Source: Eledone cirrhosa (lineage: Eukaryota). Taken from it: a stretch of 64,000 nucleotides of DNA. Position 1 is the stretch's first letter. Each line of letters starts with the position of its first letter. Location of the stretch: contig OZ024743.1 in assembly GCA_964016885.1 (NCBI GenBank), forward strand, positions 139,314,001-139,378,000, in the 5' to 3' direction. Below, one piece after another: positions 11,505-23,700 of the stretch. Made by a program: the position numbers and the translations under genes. The notes beneath the pieces are model-generated. The model saw only the letters and a program-made list of their open reading frames with translations. It ran no database searches and was not told the DNA's origin.

Positions 11505-14500
11505 CTCTTTGGTGCTGCGTGCTTGGTGTTTGGTGTTTGGTGCTTGGTGCCTGGTGCTTGTTGTTTGGTGTTTGGTGCTTAGTGCTTGGTGTTTGGAGTT
11601 TGGTGCTGGGTGCTTGGTGCCTGGTGTTTCGTGCTTGATGCTTGGTGCTTGGTGTTTGGTGTTTGGTGCTTGGTGTTTGGTGTTTGGTACTTGGTGCTTG
11701 GTGCTTGGTGCTTGGTGTTTGGTGCTTGGTGTTTGATGCTGCGTGCTTGGTGTTTGGTGTTTGGTGCTTGGTGCTTGGTGTTTGGTGTTTGGAGCTTGGT
11801 GCCTGCTGCTTGTTGTTTGGTGTTTGGTGCTTGCTGCTTGGTGTTTGGTGTTTGGTGCTTGGTGCTTGGTGCTTGGTATCTGGTGTTTGGTGCTTGATGT
11901 TTGGTGTTTGGTGCTTGGTGCTTGGTGTTTGGTGTTTGGTGCTTGGTGCTTGGTGTTTGGTGCTTGGTGTTTGGTGTTTGGTGTTTGATGCTTGGTGTTT
12001 GCTGCTTGGTGCTTGATGTTTGGTGCTTGGTGCTTGGGGCTTGGTATTTGGTGCTTGGTGCTTGGTGCCTGGTGTTTGGTGTTTGGTGTTTGGTGCTTGG
12101 TCTTTGGTGCTTGGTGCTTGGTGCTGGGTGGTTGGTGTTTGGTGCTTGGTGCTTGGTGTTTGGTGCTTGGTGCTTGGTGCTTGTTGTTTGGTGCTTGGTG
12201 CTTGGTGCTTGGTCTTTGGTGCATGGTGTTTGGTGTTTGGTGCTTTGTGCTTGGTGCTTGGTGTTTGGTGCTTGGTGCTTGGTGCTTGGTGTTTGGTGCT
12301 TGGTGCTTGGTGATTAGTGTTTGTTGCTTGGTGCTTGGGGTTTGGTGGTTGGTGCTTGGTGCTTGGTGTTTGGTGTTTTGTGTTTGGTGTTTGCTGTTTG
12401 CTGTTTGGTGTCTGCTTTTTGGTGTTTGGTGTTTGCTGTATGGTGTTTGCTGTTTCGTATTTGGTTTTTGCTGTTTGGTGTTTGGTGTTTGCTGTTTGGT
12501 GTTTGGTGTTTGGTGTTTGGTGCTTGGTGCTTGGTGCTTGGTGTTTGGTGCTTGGTGCTTGGTGTTTGGTGTTTGGTGCCTGGTGCTTGTTGTATGGTGT
12601 TTGGTGCTTGGTGCTTGGTGTTTGCTGTTTGCTGCTTGGTGTCTGGTGTTTGGTGCTTGGTGTTTGGTGTTTGGTGCTTGGTGATTAGTGTTTGGTGATT
12701 GGTGCTTGGGGTTTGGTGTTTGGGGCTTGGTGTTTGGTGCTTGGTGCTTGCTGTTTGGTGTTTGGTGTTTGGTGCTTGGTGTTTGGTGTTTGGTGTTTGG
12801 TGCTTGGTGCTTGGTGCTTGGTGTTTGGTGCTTGGTGCTTGGTGCTTGGTGTTTGGTGCTGCGTGCTTGGTGTTTCGTGTTTGGTGCTTGGTGCCTGGTG
12901 CTTGTTGTTTGGTGTTTGGTGCTTAGGGCTTGGTGTTTGGTGTTTGGTCCTTGGTGCTTGGTGGCTGGTGTTTGGTGCTTGGTGTTTGGAGTTTGGTGCT
13001 TGGTGCTTGGTGCCTGGTGTTTCGTGCTTGGTGCTTGGTGTTTGGTGTTTGGTGCTTGGTACTTGGTGCTTGGTGCTTGGTGCTTGGTGTTTGGTGCTTG
13101 GTGTTTGATGCTGCGTGCTTGGTGTTTGGTGTTTGGTGCTTGGTGCTTGGTGTTTGGTGTTTGGTGCTTGATGTTTGGTGTTTGGTGCTTGGTGCTTGGT
13201 GCTTGGTATCTGGTGTTTGGTGCTTGATGTTTGGTGTTTGGTGCTTGGTGTTTGGTGTTTGGTGCTTGGTGCTTGGTGTTTGGTGCTTGGTGTTTGGTGT
13301 TTGGTGTTTGATGCTTGGTGTTTGCTGCTTGGTGCTTGGTGCTTTGTGTTTTGTGTTTGGTGCTTGGTGCTTGGTGCCTGGTGCTTGGTGCTTGGTGCTT
13401 GTTGTTTGGTGCTTGGTGCTTGGTGATTAGTGTTTGGTGCTTGGTGCTGGCGGTTTGGTGTTTGGTGCTTGGGGTTTGGTGCTTGGTGCTTGGTGCTTGG
13501 TGTTTGGTGCTTGGTGCTTGGTGCTTGGTGTTTGGTGCTTGGTGCTTGGGGTTTGGTGCTTGGTGCTTGGTGTTTGGTGTTTGGCGTTTGCTGTTTGCTG
13601 TTTGGTGTTTGGTGTTTGCTGTTTGGTGTTTGCTGTTTGGTGTTTGGTGTTTGGTGCTTGCTGTTTGGTGCTTGGTGCTTGGTGTTTGGTGTTTGCTGTT
13701 TGGTGTTTGGTGCTTGCTGTTTGGTGCTTGGTGTTTGGTGCTTGGTCCTTGGTGTTTGGTGTTTGGTGTTTGGTGCTTGGTGCTTGGGGCTTGATTTGGT
13801 GCTTGGTTCTTGGTGCTTGGTGTTTGGTGTTTGGTGCTTGGTGTTTGGTGCTTGGTGCTTGGTGCTGGGTGTTTGGTGCTTGGTGTTTGGTGCATGGTGC
13901 TTGGTGCTTGTTGTTTGTCGCTTGTTGCTTGGTGCTTGGTGTTTGGTGCTTGGTGCTTGGTCTTTGGTGTTTGGTGTTTGGTGCTTGGTGTTTGGTGTTT
14001 GGTGCTTGGTGTTTGGTGTTTGGTGCTTGGTGCTTGGTGTTTGCTGCTTGGTACTTGGTGCATGGTGTTTGGTGCTGGGTGCTTGGTGTTTGGTGCTTGG
14101 TGTTTGGTGCTTGGTGCTTGGTGTTTGGTGTTTGGTGTTTGATGCTTGGTGTTTTATGCTTGGTGCTTGGTGTTTGGTGCTTGGTGTTTGTACTTGGTGC
14201 TTGGTGCTTGGTGTTTTGTGCTTGGTACTTGGTGTTTGGTGTTTGGTGCTTGGTACTTGGTGCTTGGTGTTAGGTGTTTGGTGCTTGGTGCTTGGTGTTT
14301 GGTGTTTGGTCCTTGGTGCTTGGTGCTTGGTGTTTAGTGCTTGGTGCTTGGTGTTTGTTGTTTGGTGCTTTCTGCTTGCTGCTTGGTGTTTGCTGCTTGG
14401 TGCTTGGTGCTTGGTGTTTGGTGTTTGGTGCTAGGTGCTTGGTGTTTGGTGTTTGGTGTTTGATGCTTGGTGTTTGGTGCTTGGTGTTTTTGTGCTTGGT

Positions 14501-14704
14501 GCTTGGGGCTTGGTGTTTGGTGCTTGGTGCTTGGTGTTTGGTTTTTTGGTGCTTGGTGCTTGGTGCTTGTTGCTTGGTCCTTGGTGTTTGGTGCTTGGTG
14601 CTTGGTGTTTGTACTTGGTGCTTGGTGCTTAGTGTTTGGTTCTTGGTTCTTGGTGTTTGGTAATTGGTGCTTGGTGCTTGGTGCTTGGTGTTTGTTGTTT
14701 GGTG

Positions 14705-17700
14705 CTTGGTGTTTGGTGCTTGGTGCTTGGTGCTTGGTGTTAGGTGTTTGGTGCTTGGTGCTTGGTGTTTGGTGCTTGGTGTTTGGTGTTTGGTGTTTGG
14801 TGTTTGGTGTTTGGTGTTTGGTGTTTGCTGTTTGGTGTCTGCTTTTTGGTGTTTGGTGTTTGCTGTATGGTGTTTGCTGTTTCGTGTTTGGTGTTTGCTG
14901 TTTGGTGTTTGGTGTTTGCTGTTTGGTGTTTGGTCTTTGGTGCTTGGTGTTTGGTGCTTGGTGCTTGGTGTTTGGTGTTTGGTGCTTGGTGCTTGGTGCT
15001 TCGTGTTTGGTGTTTGGTGCTTGGTGTCTGGAGCTTGGTGTTTGGTGTTTGGTGCTTGGTGTTTGGTGTTTGGTGCTTGGTGCTTGGTGTTTGGTGCTTG
15101 GTGCTTGGTGTTTGTACTTGGTGCTTGGTGCTTGGTGTTTGGTGCTTGGTTCTTGGTGTTTGGTGCTTGGTGTTTGGTGCTTGGTGCTTGGTGTTTGGTG
15201 CTTGGTGCTTGGTGTTTGGTGTTTGGTGCTTGGTGCTTGGTGCTTGGTGTTTGATGTTTGGTGCTTGGTGCTTGGTGTTTCGTGTTTGGTTCTTGGTGCT
15301 TGGTATTTGGTGCTTGGTGCTTGCTGCTTGGTGTTTGGTGCTTGGTGATTGATGCTTGGTGTTTGGTGCTAGGTGCTTGGTGCTTGGTGTTTGGTGCTTG
15401 GTGTTTGGTGTTTGTTGCTTGGTGCTTGGGGCTTGGTGTTTGGTACTTGGTGCTTGGTGCTTGGTGTTTGGTGCTTGGTGCTTGGTGTATGGTGTTTGTT
15501 GTTTGGTGCTTGGTGTTTGGTGTTTGGTGCTTGGTGCTTGGTGTTTGTTGCTTGGTACTTGGTTCATGGTGTTTGGTGCTGGGTGCTTGGTGTTTGGTGC
15601 TTGGTGCTTGGTGTTTGGTGTTTGGTGCTTGGTGTTTGGTGTTTGGTGCTTGGTGCTTGGTGTTTGTTGCTTGGTACTTGGTGCATGGTGTTTGGTGCTG
15701 GGTGCTTGGTGTTTGGTGCTTGGTGTTTGGTGCTTGGTGCTTGGTGTTTGGTGTTTGGTGTTTGGTGTTTGGTGTTTGATGCTTGGTGCTTGGTGCTTGG
15801 TGTTTGGTGCTTGGTGTTTGTACTTGGTGCTTGGTGTTTTGTGCTTGGTCCTTTGTGTTTGGTGTTTGGTGCTTGGTGCTTGTTGCTTGGTGTTAGGTGT
15901 TTGGTGCTTGGTGCTTGGTGTTTGGTGTTTGGTCCTTGGTGCTTGGTGTTTAGTGCTTGGTGCTTGGTGTTTGTTGTTTGGTGCTTTCTGCTTGCTGCTT
16001 GGCGTTTGGTGCTTGGTGCTTGGTGCTTGGTGTTTGGTGTTTGGTGCTAGGTGCTTGGTGTTTGGTGTTTGGTGTTTGATGCTTGGTGTTTGGTGCTTGG
16101 TGTTTGGTGTTTTGTGCTTGGTGCTTGGGGCTTGGTGTTTAGTGCTTGGTGCTTGGTGCTTGGTTTTTGGTGCTTGGTGCTTGGTGTTTGGTGTTTGGTG
16201 TTTGGTGCTTGGTGCTTGGTGTTTGGTGCTTGGTGCTTGGTGCTGGGTGGTTGGTATTTGGTGCTTGGTGCTTGGTGTTTGGTGCTTGGTGCTTGGTGCT
16301 TGGTGTTTGGTGCTTGGTGCTTGGTGCTTGGTCTTTGGTGCTTGGTGTTTGGTGCTTGGTGCTTGGTGCTTGGGGTTTGGTGTTTGGTGCTTGGTACTTG
16401 GTGTTTGGTGCTTGGTGTTTGGTGTTTGCTGTTTGGTGTTTGGTGTTTGCTGTTTGCTGTTTGCTGTTTGCTTTTTGGTGTTTGGTGTTTGCTGTATGGT
16501 GTTTGCTGTTTGGTGTTTGGTGTTTGCTGTTTGGTGTTTGGTGTTTGCTGTTTGCTCTTTGGTGCTTGGTGTTTGGTGCTTGGTGCTTGGTGTTTGGTGT
16601 TTGGTGCTTGGTGCTTGGTGTTTGGTGTTTGTTGCTTGGTGCTTGGTGCTTGGTGTTTGGTGTTTGGTGTTTGGTGCTTGGTGTCTGGTGCTTGGTGTTT
16701 GGTGTTTGGTGTTTGGTGCTTGGTGTTTGGTGTTTGCTGTTTGGTGCTTGGTGTTTGGTGTTTGGTGTTTGGTGTTTGGTGCTTGTTGCTTGGTGCTTGG
16801 TGCTTGGGGTTCGGTTCTTGGTTCTTGGTGTTTGGTACTTGGTGCTTGGTGTTTGGTCCTGGGTGCTTGGTGTTTGCTGCTTGGTGCTTGGTGCTTGCTG
16901 TTTGGTGTTTGGTGCTTGGTGCTTGGTGTTTGGTGTTTGGTGTTATATGCTTGGTGTTTGATGCTTGGTGCTTGGTGCTTGGTATTTGGTGTTTGGTGCT
17001 TGGTGTTTGTACTTGGTGCTTGGTTCTTGGTTCTTGGTGCTTGGTGCTTGGTGCTTGGTGCTTGGTGCTTGGTGTTTGGTGCTTGGTGTTTGGTGCTTGG
17101 TGTTTGGTGCTTGGTGCCTGGTGCTTGGTGCTTGGTGCTTGGTGTTTGGTGCTTGGTGTTTGGTGTTGGTGTTAGGTGTTTGGTGCTTGGTGCTTGGTGT
17201 TTGGTGTTTCGTGCTTGGTGTTTGGTGCTTGGTGCTTGGTGTTTGGTGTTTGGTGCTTGGTGTTTGGTGCTTGGTACTTGGTGCTTGGTGCTTGGTGTTA
17301 GGTGTTTGGTGCTTGGTGCTTGGTGTTTGGTTTTTGGTGCTTGGTGCTTGGTGTTTGGTGTTTGGTGCTTGCTGCTGGCTGCTTGGTGTTTGGTGCTTGG
17401 TGATTGGTGCTTGGTGTTTGGTGCTTGGTGTTTGGTGTTTGGTACTAGGTGCTTGGTGTTTGGTGTTTGGTGCTTGGTGCTTGGTGTTTGGTGTTTGGTG
17501 TTTGGTGCTTGGTGCTTGGTGCTTGGTGCTGGGTGGTTGGTGTTTGGTGCTTGGTGCTTGGGGTTTGGTGTTTGGTGCTTGGTGCTTGGTGTTTGGTGCT
17601 TGGTGCTTGGTGTTTGGTGCTTGGTGGTTGGTGTTTGCTGTTTGCTGTTTGCTGTTTGGTGTTTGTTGTTTGGTGTTTGTTGATTGGTGTTTGCTGTTTG

Positions 17701-20700
17701 GTGCTTGGTGCTTGGTCTTTGGTGCTTGGTGTTTGGTGTTTGGTGCTTGGTGCTTTGTGTTTGGTGCTTGGTGATTAGTGTTTGGTGCTTGGTGCTTGGG
17801 GTTTGGTGTTTGGTGCTTGGTACTTGGTGTTTGGTGCTTGGTGTTTGGTGTTTGCTGTTTGGTGTTTGGTGTTTGGTGTTTGCTGTATGGTGTTTGCTGT
17901 TTCGTGTTTGGTGTTTGCTGTTTGGTGTTTGGTGTTTGCTGTTTGGTGTTTGGTCTTTGGTGCTTGGTGTTTGGTGCTTGGTGCTTGGTGTTTGGTGTTT
18001 GGTGCTTGGTGTTTGGTGTTTGGTGCTTGGTGCTTGGTGCTTGGTGTTTGGTGTTTGGTGTTTGGTGCTTGGTGTCTGGTGCTTGGTGTTTGGTGTTTGG
18101 TGTTTGGTGCTTGGTGTTTGGTGTTTGGTGTTTGGTGTTTGGTGCTTGTTGCTTGGTACTTGGTGCTTGGTGTTTGGTGCTTGGTGCTTGGTGTTTGGTG
18201 CTGGGTGCTTGGTGTTTGGTGCTTGGTGCTTGGTGCTTGGTGTTTGGTGTTTGGTGCTTGGTGCTTGGTGCTTGGTGTTTGGTGTTTGGTGCTTGGTGTT
18301 TTATGCTTGGTGTTTGATGTTTGGTGCTTGGTGCTTGGTGTTTGGTGCTTGGTGCTTGGTGTTTGTACTTGGTGCTTGGTGCTTGGTTCTTGGTGTTTGG
18401 TGCTTGGTGCTTGGTGCTTGGTGCTTGGTGTTTGGTGCTTGGTGTTTGGTGCTTGGTGTTTGGTGCTTGGTGCCTGGTGCTTGGTGCTTGGTGCTTGGTG
18501 TTTGGTGCTTGGTGTTTGGTGCTTGGTATTAGGTGTTTGGTGCTTGGTGCTTGGTGTTTGGTGTTTGGTGCTTGGTGTTTGGTGCTTGGTGCTTGGTGTT
18601 TGGTGTTTGGTGCTTGGTGTTTGGTGCTTGGTACTTGGTGCTTGGTGCTTGGTGTTAGGTGTTTGGTGCTTGGTGCTTGGTGTTTGGTTTTTGGTGCTTG
18701 GTGCTTGGTGTTTGGTGTTTGGTGCTTGCTGCTGGCTGCTTGCTGTTTGGTGCTTGGTGATTGGTGCTTGGTGTTTGGTGCTTGGTGTTTGGTGTTTGGT
18801 ACTAGGTGCTTGGTGCTTGGTGTTTGGTGCTTGGTGCTTGGTGTTTGGTGTTTGGTGCTTGGTGCTTGGTGTTTGGTGCTTGGTGCTGGGTGTTGGGTGG
18901 TTGGTGTTTGGTGTTTGGTGTTTGGTGCTGGGTGCTTGGTGTTTGGTGCTTGGTGTTTGGTCTTTGGTGTTTGGTGTTTGGTGTTTGGTGCTTGGTGCTT
19001 GGTGCTTGGTGTTTGGTGCTTGGTGCTTGGTGTTTGGTGCTTGGTGCTTAGTGTTTGGTGCTAGGTGCTTGGGGTTTGGTGTTTGGTGCTTGGTGCTTGG
19101 TGCTTGGTGTTTGGTGTTTGGTGTTTGCTGTTTGGTGTTTGGTGTTTGGTGTTTGCTGTTTGGTGTCTGCTTTTTGGTGTTTGGTGTTGGCTGTATGTTA
19201 TTTGCTGTTTGGTGTTTGGTGTTTGGTGTTTGGTGCTTGGTGCTTGGTGTTTGGTGTTTGGTGCTTGGTGCTTGGAGTTTGGTGTTTGGTGCTTGGTGCT
19301 TGGTGTTTTGTGTTTGGTGTTTGGTTTTTGGTGCTTGGTGCTTGGTGCTTGTTGCTTGGTCCTTGGTGTTTGGTGCTTGGTGCTTGGTGTTTGTACTTGG
19401 TGCTTGGTGCTTGGTGTTTGGTTCTTGGTTCTTGGTGTTTGGTACTTGGTGCTTGGTGCTCGGTGCTTGGTGTTTGGTGTTTGGTGCTTGGTGTTTGGTG
19501 CTTGGTGCTTGGTGCATGGTGTTTGGTGCTTGGTGTTTGGTGTTTGCTGTTTGGTGTTTGGTGCTTGGTGTTTGGTGTTTGCTGTTTGGTGTCTGCTTTT
19601 TGGTGTTTGGTGTTTGCTGTATGGTGTTTGCTGTTTCGTGTTTGGTGTTTGCTGTTTGGTGTTTGGTGTTTGCTGTTTGGTGTTTGGTCTTTGGTGCTTG
19701 GTGTTTGGTGCTTGGTGCTTGGTGTTTGGTGTTTGGTGCTTGGTGCTTGGTGTTTCGTGTTTGGTGTTTGGTGCTTGGTGTCTGGAGCTTGGTGTTTGGT
19801 GTTTGGTGCTTGGTATTTGGTGTTTGGTGCTTGGTGCTTGGTGTTTGGTGCTTGGTGCTTGGTGTTTGTACTTGGTGCTTGGTGCTTGGTGTTTGGTGCT
19901 TGGTTCTTGGTGTTTGGTGCTTGGTGTTTGGTGCTTGGTGCTTGGTGTTTGGTGCTTGGTGCTTGGTGTTTGGTGTTTGGTGCTTGGTGCTTGGTGCTTG
20001 GTGTTTGGTGTTTGGTGCTTGGTGCTTGGTGTTTGGTGTTTGGTTCTTGGTGCTTGGTATTTGGTGCCTGGTGCTTGCTGCTTGGTGTTTGGTGCTTGGT
20101 GATTGATGCTTGGTGTTTGATGCTTGGTGCTTGGTGTTTGGTTTTTGGTGCTAGGTGCTTGGTGCTTGGTGTTTGGTGCTTGGTGTTTGGTGTTTGCTGC
20201 TTGGTGCTTGGGGCTTGGTGTTTGGTACTTGGTGCTTGGTGCTTGGTGTTTGGTGCTTGGTGCTTGGTGTATGGTGTTTGGTGTTTGGTGCTTGGTGTTT
20301 GGTGTTTGGTGCTTGGTGCTTGGTGTTTGTTGCTTGGTACTTGGTTCATGGTGTTTGGTGCTGGGTGCTTGGTGTTTGGTGCTTGGTGCTTGGTGTTTGG
20401 TGTTTGGTGCTTGGTGTTTGGTGTTTGGTGCTTGGTGCTTGGTGTTTGTTGCTTGGTACTTGGTGCATGGTGTTTGGTGCTGGGTGCTTGGTGTTTGGTG
20501 CTTGGTGTTTGGTGCTTGGTGCTTGGTGTTTGGTGTTTGGTGTTTGATGCTTGGTGTTTGATGCTTGGTGCTTGGTGCTTGGTGTTTGGTGCTTGGTGTT
20601 TGTACTTGGTGCTTGGTGTTTTGTGCTTGGTTCTTTGTGTTTGGTGTTTGGTGCTTGGTGCTTGGTGCTTGGTGTTAGGGGTTTGGTGCTTGGTGCTTGG

Positions 20701-23700
20701 TGTTTGGTGTTTGGTACTAGGTGCTTGGTGATTGGTGTTTGGCGCTTGGTGCTTGGTGTTTGGTGTTTGGTGTTTGGTGCTTGCTGCTTGGTGCTTGGTG
20801 CTGGGTGGTTGGTGTTTGGTGCTTGGTGATTAGTGTTTGGTGCTAGGTGCTTGGGGTTTGGTGTTTGGTGCTTGGTGCTTGGTGTTTGGTGCTTGGTGCT
20901 TGGTGTTTGGTGCTTGGTGCTTGGTGTTTGGTGTTTGCTGTTTGCTGTTTGGTGTTTGTTGTTTGGTGTTTGTTGTTTGGTGTTTGCTGTTTGGTGTTTG
21001 GTATTTGGTGTTTGCTGTTTGGTGGCTGCTTTTTGGTGTTTGGTGTTTGCTGTATGTTGTTTGCTGTTTGGTGTTTGGTGTTTGGTGTTTGGTGTTTGGT
21101 GCTTGGTGCTTGGTGTTTGGTGCTTGGTGCTTGGTGTTTGGTGCCTGGTGCTTGGTACTTGGTGTTTGGTGTTTGGTGCTTGGTGCTTGGTGCTTGGAGT
21201 TTGGTGTTTGGTGCTTGGTGCTTGGTGTTTTGTGTTTGGTGTTTGGTTTTTGGTGCTTGGTGCTTGGTGCTTGGTACTTAGTCCTTGGTGTTTGGTGCTT
21301 GGTGCTTGGTGTTTGGACTTGGTGCTTGGTGCTTGGTGTTTGGTTCTTGGTTCTTGGTGTTTGGTACTTGGTGCTTGGTGCTTGGTGCTTGGTGTTTGGT
21401 GTTTGGTGCTTGGTGTTTGGTGCTTGGTGCTTGGTGCTTGGTGCTTGGTGTTAGGTGTTTGGTGCTTGGTGCTTGGTGTTTGGTGCTTGGTGTTTGCTGT
21501 CTGGTGTTTGGTGTTTGGTGTTTGGTGTTTGCTGTTTGGTGTCTGCTTTTTGGTGTTTGGTGTTTGCTGTATGGTGTTTGCTGTTTGGTGTTTGGTGCTT
21601 CGTGTTTGGTGTTTGGTCTTTGGTGATTGGTGTCTGGTGCTTGATGTTTGGTGTTTGGTGTTTGGTGCTTGGTGCTTGGTGTTTGGTGCTTGGTGCTTGG
21701 TGTTTGTACTTGGTGCTTGGTGCTTGGTGTTTGGTGCTTGGTTCTTGGTGTTTGGTGCTTGGTGTTTGGTGCTTGGTGCTTGGTGTTTGGTGCTTGGTGC
21801 TTGGTGTTTGGTGTTTGGTGCTTGGTGCTTGGTGCTTGGTGTTAGGTGTTTGGTGCTTGGTGCTTGGTGTTTAGTGTTTGGTTCTTGGTGCTTGGTATTT
21901 GGTGCTTGGTGCTTGCTGCTTGGTGTTTGGTGCTTGGTGATTGATGCTTGGTGTTTGGTGCTTGGTGCCCAGTGTTTGGTTTTTGGTGCTAGGTGCTTGG
22001 TGCATGGTGTTTGGTGCTTGGTGTTTGGTGTTTGGTGGTTGGTTCTTGGGGATTGGTGTTTGGTACTTGGTGCTTGGTGCTTGGTGTTTGGTGCTTGGTG
22101 CTTGGTGTTTGGTGTTTGGTGCTTGGTGCTTGGTATTTGGTGCTTGGTGCTTGGTGTTTGGTGTTTGGTGCTTGGTGCTTGGTGTTTGGTGCTTGGTGCT
22201 TGGTGCTTGTTGTTTGGTGATTGGTGCTTGGTGCTTGGTGTTTGGTGCTTGGTGTTAGGTGTTTGGTGCTTGGTGCTTGGTGTTTGGTGTTTCGTGCTTG
22301 GTGTTTGGTGCTTGGTGCTTGGTGTTTGGTGTTTGGTGCTTGGTGTTTGGTGTTTGGTACTTGGTGCTTGGTGCTTGGTGTTAGGTGTTTGGTGCTTGGT
22401 GCTTGGTGTTTGGTTTTTGGTGCTTGGTGCTTGGTGTTTGGTGTTTGGTGCTTGCTGCTGGCTGCTTGGTGTTTGGTGCTTGGTGATTGGTGCTTGGTGT
22501 TTGGTGCTTGGTGTTTTGTGTTTGGTACTAGGTGCTTGGTGTTTGGTGTTTGGTGCTTGGTGCTTGGTGTTTGGTGTTTGGTGTTTGGTGCTTGGTGCTT
22601 GGTGCTTGGTGCTGGGTGGTTGGTGTTTGGTGCTTGGTGATTAGTGTTTGGTGCTAGGTGCTTGGGGTTTGGTGTTTGGTGCTTGGTGCTTGGTGTTTGG
22701 TGCTTGGTGCTTGGTGTTTGGTGCTTGGTGGTTGGTGTTTGCTGTTTGCTGTTTGCTGTTTGGTGTTTGTTGTTTGGTGTTTGTTGATTGGTGTTTGCTG
22801 TTTGGTGCTTGGTGCTTGGTCTTTGGTGCTTGGTGTTTGGTGTTTGGTGCTTGGTGCTTTGTGTTTGGTGCTTGGTGATTAGTGTTTGGTGCTTGGTGCT
22901 TGGGGTTTGGTGTTTGGTGCTTGGTACTTGGTGTTTGGTGCTTGGTGTTTGGTGTTTGCTGTTTGGTGTTTGGTGTTTGGTGTTTGCTGTATGGTGTTTG
23001 CTGTTTCGTGTTTGGTGTTTGCTGTTTGGTGTTTGGTGTTTGCTGTTTGGTGTTTGGTCTTTGGTGCTTGGTGTTTGGTGCTTGGTGCTTGGTGTTTGGT
23101 GTTTGGTGCTTGGTGTTTGGTGTTTGGTGCTTGGTGCTTGGTGCTTGGTGTTTGGTGTTTGGTGTTTGGTGCTTGGTGTCTGGTGCTTGGTGTTTGGTGT
23201 TTGGTGTTTGGTGCTTGGTGTTTGGTGTTTGGTGTTTGGTGTTTGGTGCTTGTTGCTTGGTACTTGGTGCTTGGTGTTTGGTGCTTGGTGCTTGGTGTTT
23301 GGTGCTGGGTGCTTGGTGTTTGGTGCTTGGTTCTTGGTGCTTGGTGTTTGGTGTTTGGTGCTTGGTGCTTGGTGCTTGGTGTTTGGTGTTTGGTGCTTGG
23401 TGTTTTATGCTTGGTGTTTGATGTTTGGTGCTTGGTGCTTGGTGTTTGGTGCTTGGTGCTTGGTGTTTGTACTTGGTGCTTGGTGCGTGGTTCTTGGTGT
23501 TTGGTGCTTGGTGCTTGGTGCTTGGTGTTAGGTGTTTGGTGCTTGGTGCTTGGTGTTTGGTGCTTGGTGTTTGGTGTTTGCTGTTTGGTGTTTGGTGTTT
23601 GGTGTTTGGTGTTTGCTGTTTGGTGTCTGCTTTTTGGTGTTTGGTGTTTGCTGTATGGTGTTTGCTGTTTCGTGTTTGGTGTTTGCTGTTTGGTGTTTGG

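Noticed and set aside
14481-14550. Two T-extended 8-bp monomers as meaningful elements
   Set aside because: They are single occurrences in T homopolymers and cannot be distinguished from homopolymer consensus errors.
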